Source: Candidatus Saccharimonadota bacterium
GTDB taxonomy: Bacteria > Patescibacteriota > Patescibacteriia > 2-12-FULL-60-25
Direction: 5' to 3'
Length of the DNA: 32,000 nt
Assembly: GCA_022843095.1 (NCBI GenBank)
Contig: JALHOH010000002.1
Span: 270,001 to 302,000 of the forward strand
Translations under genes and position numbers: made by a program
Notes under the pieces: model-generated
Databases searched by the model: none
What the model saw: only the letters and a program-made list of their open reading frames with translations
What the model was told of the DNA's origin: nothing
Part shown: positions 25,541 through 32,000 of the stretch, piece after piece
How positions within the stretch are numbered: the first letter of the stretch is position 1
How the letters are laid out: each line of letters opens with the position of its first letter

Positions 25541-26671
25541 TCAACGGGTGCCGGCCAACGACTCATCGATGAGCCGTTTGAGCTGTTCGTAAGAAATCGC
25601 CTGATCTACCTTGGTCCGATTCACGATCAGCGTCGGCGTATACTGAACGCCCAACGAACGTGCTTGTGCAAAGCTCTCGTCCACCACCTTCGCGATCGCC
25701 GCATCCTTGATGCACGTGTCATACGCTCCCCCATCCATCCCGACCCCAAGAGCCGTGGCACGCAAATCCCCATCTCCAAGCTTCTGCTGATCCGCATACA
25801 CCGCATCGGCAAATTCCCAAAACTTCCCCTGTTCTTGGGCGCACTGCGCCGCAATGGCTGCGGGACGCGCGCGATCATGAATCTGCGTAATCGGAAAATG
25901 ACGGAACGCAAACCGCACCTTGCCAGCATATTCCTTGCGAATACGCGTGAGCGTCGGATGGAATGCACCACACGCAGGGCACTGAAAATCCGCAAATTCC
26001 ACCACCAGCACCTTGGAAAGCAACGAACCGGTCACGGGGGTTTTTGGAAGTAGCAGCAAGGACGAAACCGTTGCCGATGCATCCTCGTTCTCTTCCGGTG
26101 CAGGATTGATGGATTCACCTTCCGGCGTACCCTGCGCTTTACTTTGGACAAGTCCCACGAACCCAAAGAATGCGATCGGGAGGAACACGAGCAATGCGAC
26201 AAAGTAGGCGCGCAATTCTCGTGCCACCGCCACATGCCGCGTCTCCTCCAGATGATCAAACCAGGCCGCCCCCGCAATTACCGTCGCAGCCGCCGCAGAA
26301 AGCAAACACCAAAAACAAAATGCCTTTAGATCCAACCATTGGATCAAAAACAAGAATCCGGACTCAATAAACCCAACGACCGCGGCAACCATGGTCAAAC
26401 GGTACAACAAGCGTGGCCGCCAACTAGTCGCAACGCGCGCCACCAGGAGTCCAAACAACGCCGTATAAAACAACATGCCAAGCAACGGTCGCGGCACCCC
26501 CATCGTGGTCGCCCAGGACGAGCTGCGCACAACATCACATCCGGAAACAATGCCGCAGGCGATCGGCGCCCCCGTCACATAGGTGTAAAACAAATATGCC
26601 GAGGCGAACAAGCCAACCAAGGACGCAATCGCCATGGTCAAACGCGCGGCAAATGGAGAGGGTTTATGCAT
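25541..26671 (-). CDS. Vitamin K epoxide reductase (VKOR) domain fused to DsbA-like thioredoxin domain
   Basis: 376 aa. The N-terminal polytopic part has the loop Cys pair (CGIVSGCDVV) and a membrane CxxC (CFWC). The C-terminal domain has FADFQCPACGAFH (thioredoxin-fold CPAC). Confidence 0.85.
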   Translation of the reverse strand: MHKPSPFAARLTMAIASLVGLFASAYLFYTYVTGAPIACGIVSGCDVVRSSSWATTMGVPRPLLGMLFYTALFGLLVARVATSWRPRLLYRLTMVAAVVGFIESGFLFLIQWLDLKAFCFWCLLSAAAATVIAGAAWFDHLEETRHVAVARELRAYFVALLVFLPIAFFGFVGLVQSKAQGTPEGESINPAPEENEDASATVSSLLLLPKTPVTGSLLSKVLVVEFADFQCPACGAFHPTLTRIRKEYAGKVRFAFRHFPITQIHDRARPAAIAAQCAQEQGKFWEFADAVYADQQKLGDGDLRATALGVGMDGGAYDTCIKDAAIAKVVDESFAQARSLGVQYTPTLIVNRTKVDQAISYEQLKRLIDESLAGTR

Positions 26672-26728
26672 AGCAAAAGCCTACCGAATCACCTTCGACC
26701 TGTCACCTGGTACTACGTTTCATTCCCC

Positions 26729-27343
26729 CTATTTCTGCCCGGCGCATGCTGAGGGGTTCCAAAGCCCTCTCCCCGCCGCTTTTGCCTCCGCCTCCAAGGC
26801 ACGAAGCGCGGATTTATAAGCCGAAGTCATCGGAAAGGACACATACGCATAGGCGTAGCCTTCTTGGACCAAGACTCGGTTCAATTCACGTCCATCTCGG
26901 AGCACGACAATGCGAAGCAACCGTCCATATTTGTCCACGTTATCCGCCTGCGGATCTTCTTTGAGGAACACGCGCGCTTGCTGCAACGTCGATTTGGTAA
27001 AGGCGGATGCCTCTTTCCCAAAGCATTCGACCGGCCGTCGCGGATCTACCGTCTCCGGCGTATTCACCCCAAGCAACCGCACCTTTTCGTCATTCTTTTC
27101 CCCATCTCGACGCACCGTGATGGTATCACCATCCGCTACATGCACCACCACGGCGTTTGTTGTGGTGGTTTGCAGGTGTACCGTCGAGGATGTGGACGAC
27201 GGACGTGCTTCTGTTACGGGCGGAGTGGGAACGGGCGACTCTGGCGCGGGACGGGCAATTCTCCCCTCTTCATACGCCGCAAGAAACAACACCAACGCCG
27301 CGATCACCAACGTCACCACTTTTTTCTGGAGACGCGAACTCAT
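26729..27343 (-). CDS. Membrane-anchored / secreted thermonuclease (staphylococcal nuclease, SNase fold)
   Basis: Start at ATG 27343, an ATGA overlap with the upstream Rieske stop. It has an N-terminal TM anchor and a Pro/Thr/Ser linker. SNase blocks follow: VADGDTITV, VRLLGVNTPE, GKEASAFTK, DKYGRLL and LVQEGYAYAY. Confidence 0.85.
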   Translation of the reverse strand: MSSRLQKKVVTLVIAALVLFLAAYEEGRIARPAPESPVPTPPVTEARPSSTSSTVHLQTTTTNAVVVHVADGDTITVRRDGEKNDEKVRLLGVNTPETVDPRRPVECFGKEASAFTKSTLQQARVFLKEDPQADNVDKYGRLLRIVVLRDGRELNRVLVQEGYAYAYVSFPMTSAYKSALRALEAEAKAAGRGLWNPSACAGQK

Positions 27344-27678
27344 ACCTGTTTCACCCAGCCAACCCACACCTGCCCATCCTCCACTTTTGTTTCATAACAG
27401 GTGATTTGGTGCCCATTTGGCGACTTCCCCGTCTTGACATCAAAGGCCCAATCATGCCAAGGACAGGTCACGTGGCCATCGCGCACCGCCCCGCAGGAAA
27501 GCGGGCCGCCCATGTGCGGACAGATGCTGTTTACAGCAAAAAAGGCGTCGGCGATGCGAACCACGGTCATCGGCTTCTTATGCACCTTCACCTCCCGCGC
27601 CTGTCCGGGAGCCCAGTCGTCGATACGGCCGACCGAGACAAACGGCGCGCTCGAGGCTTCTGCAAACGGATGTGACAT
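27340..27678 (-). CDS. Small Rieske [2Fe-2S] domain protein (NirD-like)
   Basis: Start at ATG 27678 (MSHPFAEASS...). The Rieske motif is CPH-x16-CPWH (ICPHMGGPLSCGAVRDGHVTCPWHDWAF). Confidence 0.8.
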   Translation of the reverse strand: MSHPFAEASSAPFVSVGRIDDWAPGQAREVKVHKKPMTVVRIADAFFAVNSICPHMGGPLSCGAVRDGHVTCPWHDWAFDVKTGKSPNGHQITCYETKVEDGQVWVGWVKQV

Positions 27679-27712
27679 GGTGCTAGTATACGCAAGAAGG
27701 AGGAGCATCGCT

Positions 27713-28120
27713 ATGCCAAAACCCTGGAAACTCCACCGACCCCCAAAAATCGCGGAAGACATCGCTTCCGAGGCATCGTCAGGCACGCCGCCGTTCGACG
27801 AGGCGCGCGTGTCGCTTCTGGAGGCGCAGGTCGGTACCGTCCCCGAACTCGACCTTCACGGAATGGCAAAAGGCGAGGCAAAACAGGAACTCGAATCGTT
27901 CCTGAACCGGGAATATCGACGCGGAACGACCGCCGTCCGCGTCATCACGGGACGTGGCGATCAAATCCTGTTTCATATGGCGAAACAGGTGCTCCAGGAC
28001 TACGCCACACGTCACTTTGTCCAGGCATTCGAAAACCACCCGTTGCCCGGCCAATCCAACGCCGTCCTCTTGGTCGCGCTCGTCCCACGCTCCCGCGCAC
28101 GGACCCGCGCCTCCCCATAA
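27713..28120 (+). CDS. Smr domain protein (SmrB/YdaL-like small endonuclease)
   Basis: Start at ATG 27713, preceded by AAGGAGGA with a 9-nt spacer, the only strong SD I saw. Contains ELDLHGMAKGEAKQELESFL...AVRVITGRG. Confidence 0.8.
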   Translation: MPKPWKLHRPPKIAEDIASEASSGTPPFDEARVSLLEAQVGTVPELDLHGMAKGEAKQELESFLNREYRRGTTAVRVITGRGDQILFHMAKQVLQDYATRHFVQAFENHPLPGQSNAVLLVALVPRSRARTRASP

Positions 28121-28122
28121 TC

Positions 28123-28152
28123 AAAACCCCCGCATGTGCGGGGGTTCTTTTC
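28123..28152. terminator. Bidirectional intrinsic terminator between convergent Smr and SPFH genes
   Basis: caaaa-cccccgca-tg-tgcggggg-ttcttttctt. A GC-rich stem is flanked by A-rich and T-rich tracts. Confidence 0.65.
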
Positions 28153-28953
28153 TTACCGGCTCTGTGGCAACAGCGTCCGGACGTCGATCACCGGCGTCGG
28201 CGTTTCTCCGCCAAGATACATCGGCAATTTTCCATCCCACTTTTCCAAACCACGCAACTGCAGCACCTGCGGATTTTCTTTCAGCGCCGCGGATTCGATA
28301 CGCAACGCCTCTGCCTTCCCGCGCGCCTCCGCAATCTGTTGCTCAGCTTCAAATTTGATTTGTTCCAGCTTGTTCTTTGCTGCCAGCGCCGCCTGCTCCG
28401 CCGTCACTTTGCGTTCAATCGCATCGTTAAACGATTCGGAAAACTGGAAGTCGACGATGTTAAAATCTTCGATGATAATGCCACGCTTTTCTAACTTTTC
28501 AACCAAGTGCCCCTTCACTTCATCCCGCACCTGCTCACGCTTGGTGATCAGTTCTTCCGCCGTATATTTTGCCGTCGACGCCTTCACCGATTCCTGCAAC
28601 GCCGGATCGATCAGCCGTGTCGAGTAATCCTCCCCGATTTCCTGATACACCGTCGCCACTTTTTGCGGATCCACACGGAAGTTGACCGCAACGGTCGCAT
28701 TCACGTTTTGCAAATCTTTGGACGCCGCCGTTGCAAGCACCTGCTCTTTCAGGATCTTCACATCCATGATCACGACGCGATCTACAACCGGGATGCGGAA
28801 ATACAACCCTTCACCCAACACGTTTCCCGTCACCGCACCAAAACGAAGCAAAACACCGCGTTCACCCGCCCCCACCGTCCCAAACGGAACCAGCACGAGC
28901 ACGGCGATAAGCGCAATCATCGCCAATCCAATGGACTTCAAGAACGTTTTCAT
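28153..28953 (-). CDS. SPFH / band 7 / prohibitin-family membrane protein
   Basis: Start at ATG 28953. It has an N-terminal TM helix, then GERGVLLRFGAVTGNVLGEGLYFRIPVVDRVVIMDV. An Ala/Glu-rich coiled coil follows (AEQAALAAKNKLEQIKFEAEQQIAEARGKAEA). Confidence 0.9.
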   Translation of the reverse strand: MKTFLKSIGLAMIALIAVLVLVPFGTVGAGERGVLLRFGAVTGNVLGEGLYFRIPVVDRVVIMDVKILKEQVLATAASKDLQNVNATVAVNFRVDPQKVATVYQEIGEDYSTRLIDPALQESVKASTAKYTAEELITKREQVRDEVKGHLVEKLEKRGIIIEDFNIVDFQFSESFNDAIERKVTAEQAALAAKNKLEQIKFEAEQQIAEARGKAEALRIESAALKENPQVLQLRGLEKWDGKLPMYLGGETPTPVIDVRTLLPQSR

Positions 28954-28986
28954 ATGCGCCCAGTTGACCCCGTGCACCAAAAACCG

Positions 28987-30417
28987 TCAAGACGAATAAC
29001 GCCGAATGTACGCCTCGACATCAAACCGTTTTTCACACCCAGAACGTGCCATGTACCGCACGGTCCCAAAAATCGGACGCGGAAACCAGGCACGATCATG
29101 CACACCGCCTATGGACCAGGCGATGCCGGCATATCCATTAGGGTCGCGTCCATCCAATTCGTAGGCATCATTCAACGCAATGGCGGTCGCAAGCGCCTCT
29201 TCGGGAGACGGCGACCATTCCAACAGCTTTTTGGCCCAATACATGCGGAGATACCCGTGCATTTTGCCGGTTTGCAGCAGTTCTCGTTGTGCGGCATTCC
29301 ATAAATCGTCATGGGTTGCCGCCGCTTCAAATTGTGCCGGGCTATACACGTAAGGACGCGTATCCTGACGATGCGCGTGCAGTGTCTCCTGTGCCCATGC
29401 CGGGAATCCCTCTACACGATCGTATGCCGGTTGATACAAACAAAAATTCTCCGCAAGCTCGCGCCGCACGATCAACTCCTCCAAAAACGCCGCGGCTTGA
29501 TCAATGAGCGTCAGATGCGCCCCTGTTGCCGGTGCCGCCGCATTTTTTACCCGAGGTAATACGACCTCGAGCGATCGACCGACACATTCCAAAACCGCAA
29601 GTGCGACACGAGCCGGCGCAATCTGCCCAAAATGAAGATAGGGGGACAGGTTGGATTGCCCGAATGCAAGCGGATCATTCCGGTCTTCGGCATACCGCGA
29701 CAATCCCTGATCAAGAAACGTCTGCAGCATGCGATGCGCCGCCGCTTCACCCGGGACCGCCCAAGGAGCCACGGGAGGAGTCATCGGAATTGCCGGGTCT
29801 GCAAGAAGCGCATCCCAATCGATTGTCTGCCGCCGTCCCGAGTACGCGACCGGATGACGGGTGATGGGCGGAACCGGAACAAGCCACTCCGGCGCCAAAC
29901 GATGCACTTTTGGTCGCAGCGTATACGCAGCAAATTCCTGATGGTCCGAAAGCACCCACGCCGGAACAAGATTATGCGCATCCACTTCGATCAGCGGGAC
30001 ATCAATGGAAGACGCAACATCCGCCTTGCAAGCACGCGCGCCCCGCAATGGAGAAAAATCCGTGATCACCTCCCCGATCTTGTGCTCGCCGATCCATTGG
30101 ACAAGCTGGGAGGCGGCAGAAGCCTCGGGACGCTCCACAATCAAGAAAAACGGGATATGGAACGCCTCAAGATCGCGCGCCACCTCTTGCAATGCACGCA
30201 CCTTGAACTCCCACTGCCTACGGCCTCCGCCCAGATAATTCGGGATGAGGTGATACACGACCACAAGCGGAACGCTGCGTGTCCGCGCCGTCGCTTGTGC
30301 CTGATAAAGCGCCCAGTTATCCCGCACGCGCATATCCCGATCCATCCAATACGCGACGGGTCCCACACCCGCTTTCCCCGAACGCAACGAACGAGCACGC
30401 AACAATTCCTGTTTCAT
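28987..30417 (-). CDS. phr: Deoxyribodipyrimidine photolyase, class II (CPD photolyase)
   Basis: Start at ATG 30417 (MKQELLRARSL...). The ORF-track extension to 30549 runs through the tRNA gene. Contains VAYWMDRDMRVRDNWAL and C-terminal GKMHGYLRMYWAKKLLEW...NDAYELDGRDPNGYAGIAWSIGGVHDRAW. Confidence 0.9.
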   Translation of the reverse strand: MKQELLRARSLRSGKAGVGPVAYWMDRDMRVRDNWALYQAQATARTRSVPLVVVYHLIPNYLGGGRRQWEFKVRALQEVARDLEAFHIPFFLIVERPEASAASQLVQWIGEHKIGEVITDFSPLRGARACKADVASSIDVPLIEVDAHNLVPAWVLSDHQEFAAYTLRPKVHRLAPEWLVPVPPITRHPVAYSGRRQTIDWDALLADPAIPMTPPVAPWAVPGEAAAHRMLQTFLDQGLSRYAEDRNDPLAFGQSNLSPYLHFGQIAPARVALAVLECVGRSLEVVLPRVKNAAAPATGAHLTLIDQAAAFLEELIVRRELAENFCLYQPAYDRVEGFPAWAQETLHAHRQDTRPYVYSPAQFEAAATHDDLWNAAQRELLQTGKMHGYLRMYWAKKLLEWSPSPEEALATAIALNDAYELDGRDPNGYAGIAWSIGGVHDRAWFPRPIFGTVRYMARSGCEKRFDVEAYIRRYSS

Positions 30418-30459
30418 ACCTCCACTATACTGGATGAAGCCACCGTCCTTCCATAACGC

Positions 30460-30483
30460 AAAAACCGGCATGCGCCGGCTTTT
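30460..30483 (-). terminator. Terminator-like hairpin downstream of tRNA-Gln
   Basis: The minus strand reads AAAAG-CCGGC-GCAU-GCCGG-UUUUU. The stem is short (5 GC pairs plus a GU) but is flanked by complementary A and U runs. Confidence 0.5.
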
Positions 30484-30489
30484 CTGCGT

Positions 30490-30563
30490 TGGCTCCGGGA
30501 CTTGGATTCGAACCAAGATAAACGGCTCCAAAGGCCGCTGTCCTACCATTAGACGATCCCGGA
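30490..30563 (-). tRNA. tRNA-Gln (anticodon UUG), CCA encoded
   Basis: Folded by hand. The 7-bp acceptor stem is TCCGGGA/TCCCGGA (U1-A72, G73). The D arm is GTCT-AATGGTA-GGAC. The anticodon arm is GCGGC-CTTTGGA-GCCGT. The variable loop is 4 nt, the T arm is CTTGG-TTCGAAT-CCAAG, and the 3' end is GCCA. Total length is 74 nt. Confidence 0.9.
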
Positions 30564-30575
30564 ATGTGCGCCCAG

Positions 30576-30604
30576 ATAGTACGGTTGCGCGCGCTTCGCG
30601 TCAA
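30576..30604 (-). promoter_or_regulatory. Sigma70-like promoter for tRNA-Gln
   Basis: The minus strand reads TTGACG, a 17-nt spacer, then TACTAT. The -10 element ends 12 nt upstream of the mature tRNA 5' end. Confidence 0.5.
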
Positions 30605-30619
30605 CCGCATCATACCCCC

Positions 30620-31198
30620 ATGGAACTTCGTCACCCCGACCTTCCCGAACCCATCTTCTTGCGTCGACGGCGGAATCTGCGACGCCTCACGCTTTCCGTC
30701 GGATCGCGTATCTCCGTCACCGCTCCAACCCATACCCCGCTACACACGCTCCGCGCATTCATCGCGTCGCATCTTTCTTGGATCCACCATGCGCTCGAAA
30801 AACGGCGATTACGCACGACGCATGCCATTCAAGGAACCCCCGAAGACTATCGGGCACGAAAGCATCTGGCACGACAATTCGTGGAACAACGCCTCCCTCT
30901 CTTAAACGCCTCCTACGGATTTGCCGTTCAGCGTCTCTCCATCCGAAATACACGGTCGCGCTGGGGAAGTTGCAGTGCGCGCGGCACCCTCACCTTTCAC
31001 TACCGCATTCTAGATTTATCCCCAGACCTTCAGGATTATCTGATCATCCATGAACTGTGCCATCTTCGCGAGCCAAATCATGGCCCAGGATTTTGGGCAT
31101 TGGTTGCAAAAGCCGTTCCACAGTTTAAACACCTCCGACGCGTGCTTCGCGCCGGGATCCCGCCCCACCACTATTCTCCGACGAGCAATCGCATGTAG
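30620..31198 (+). CDS. YgjP-like metal-dependent hydrolase (DUF45 / M48-like, HExxH)
   Basis: Start at ATG 30620; the ORF-track extension overlaps the tRNA. Contains SIRNTRSRWGSCSARGTLTFHYRIL and YLIIHELCHLREPNHGPGFWALV, the typical DUF45 blocks. Confidence 0.8.
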   Translation: MELRHPDLPEPIFLRRRRNLRRLTLSVGSRISVTAPTHTPLHTLRAFIASHLSWIHHALEKRRLRTTHAIQGTPEDYRARKHLARQFVEQRLPLLNASYGFAVQRLSIRNTRSRWGSCSARGTLTFHYRILDLSPDLQDYLIIHELCHLREPNHGPGFWALVAKAVPQFKHLRRVLRAGIPPHHYSPTSNRM

Positions 31199-32000
31199 CG
31201 CGCACGCGCACGGTTGAACGCTTGGAGCTCTGCGTCCTGTGGACGTGACGGGAGACGCGATTCGAACGCCTGCATACCTTGATGGATCACGGCATGCAGC
31301 CGATCCAACGAACTATCTCGACGAAGGGTGTAATCATGCAAAGTGTCCACCATCTGTTTCCACTCTTGAAACGCCGGAGCAAGCAACGATGGAATGTGTG
31401 AGGTGACTTCTGCAAGCGCATCCGAACTCACCTCCCGCGCAGCAAGATTCGGGCGCAACAGGGGTGAAAGAAGCAGCCGTTCTCCCTGGTTACGTATTCC
31501 TTCGACCGCACCACGCAGCGCCTGCGCACGATGTTCGGTGCGCATCTGCTCCACAATCTGATCAAAGCGCCGCACCTGTGTCTGGATCTCAAATCCCGGA
31601 TCGGTCATCCGCACATACTCGAGATACAACTGCACGTCGCGATGCGGGTTTGCCATATTGATCCCACGCGCATCATACCGAGGAAATTCAAAACGTAACC
31701 GCTCTACCAATCCGCCCACAAACTGCTCTTCCGAAAGACCCGTCTCACGCGGAGCGAACTGATAAATAATGCGTCCTAACTCAGCAAAATATTCTTTTGT
31801 CTTTGTCATTCGAACCTGCTCCGTCTCTTCGCCAGAGATCGCCTCCACATACGGAATCCGCATGCGATCCGGCGCGGTCAAACGCGCCTCCATCCTGCGC
31901 TGCATGCGTTCACGCTGCTCCGGGACAAGCGCCCCAACGGTCATGGGGTCATTCGCGTGATGCACCTCATGGATAAAGGTCCCGACAAATGCCCGGGTCG
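31171..32000 (-). CDS. Hypothetical protein with HExxH motif, 5' end beyond window
   Basis: The ORF-track start at 31965 is GTG. My translation shows the frame stays open to the window edge (..TRAFVGTFIHEVHHANDPMTVG..). It includes HEVHH at 31957-31971. The rest is helical and unrecognised. Confidence 0.5.
   Translation of the reverse strand, partial: TRAFVGTFIHEVHHANDPMTVGALVPEQRERMQRRMEARLTAPDRMRIPYVEAISGEETEQVRMTKTKEYFAELGRIIYQFAPRETGLSEEQFVGGLVERLRFEFPRYDARGINMANPHRDVQLYLEYVRMTDPGFEIQTQVRRFDQIVEQMRTEHRAQALRGAVEGIRNQGERLLLSPLLRPNLAAREVSSDALAEVTSHIPSLLAPAFQEWKQMVDTLHDYTLRRDSSLDRLHAVIHQGMQAFESRLPSRPQDAELQAFNRARARYMRLLVGE

Noticed and set aside
30418-30549. N-terminal 44-aa extension of the photolyase ORF. 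Similar ORF-track extensions occur for lgt, gatC, GT2, both Rieske genes, the receiver, bcp, SOD, Smr, SPFH, YgjP and the lipoprotein.
   Set aside because: The extension runs through the tRNA-Gln gene and its terminator. In every such case an internal ATG gives a canonical family N-terminus and removes overlap with the neighbouring gene.

Overview
Very gene-dense, moderately GC-rich bacterial chromosomal segment with about 45 genes, one tRNA, and no transposase, integrase, CRISPR array or rRNA.

Gene map:
- 1-12718: about 12.7 kb of co-directional minus-strand genes. These are trxB-like, a small coiled-coil membrane ORF, lgt, two unknown membrane proteins, gatA, gatC, ligA, a type IV pilus block, an RNase H-like gene and recJ. 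The pilus block comprises pilD, a pilin, a Cys-rich TM protein, a receiver domain, a PilB/GspE-like protein and pilM.
- 12796-13236 (+): a short 5-formyl-THF cyclo-ligase-like gene.
- 13199-18505 (-): lepA, murJ, a Rieske protein, a GT2 glycosyltransferase and a SpoU/TrmH methyltransferase.
- 18587-21550 (+): a RumA/TrmA-type methyltransferase, era and an orphan helical protein.
- 21590-22486 (-): a convergent, lower-GC lipoprotein.
- 22575-24532: a redox cluster of bcp, Fe/Mn SOD and a 2-Cys peroxiredoxin (+) facing glutaredoxin (-).
- 24650-27678 (-): a HAD hydrolase, a VKOR-DsbA fusion, a membrane-anchored thermonuclease and a second Rieske protein.
- 27713-32000: Smr (+), an SPFH/prohibitin protein, class II photolyase, tRNA-Gln(UUG), a YgjP/DUF45 metallopeptidase (+), and a 5'-truncated HExxH-containing ORF at the right edge.

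Architecture: intergenic gaps are tiny, several stop/start pairs overlap by 4 nt, and few Shine-Dalgarno sequences are visible. Pilus genes are interleaved with core genes, and gatCA sits with tRNA-Gln. This is reminiscent of small-genome Patescibacteria/CPR-like bacteria, but that is inference only.

Most unusual observations:
1. A perfect 37-nt duplicate of the lepA start-codon region lies 151 nt upstream of the original. The two copies bracket two perfect hairpins (one cUUCGg) and create a 46-codon uORF that ends inside the lepA start.
2. The pilus block contains a PilB/GspE-like protein whose Walker A and Walker B motifs appear destroyed. It sits next to a receiver domain lacking the phospho-acceptor Asp.
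3. A membrane-tethered protein has a HEPN-like RNxxxH motif.
4. A convergent orphan gene pair shows strongly contrasting GC content.

All homology calls come from motif recognition by eye. No database search was run.
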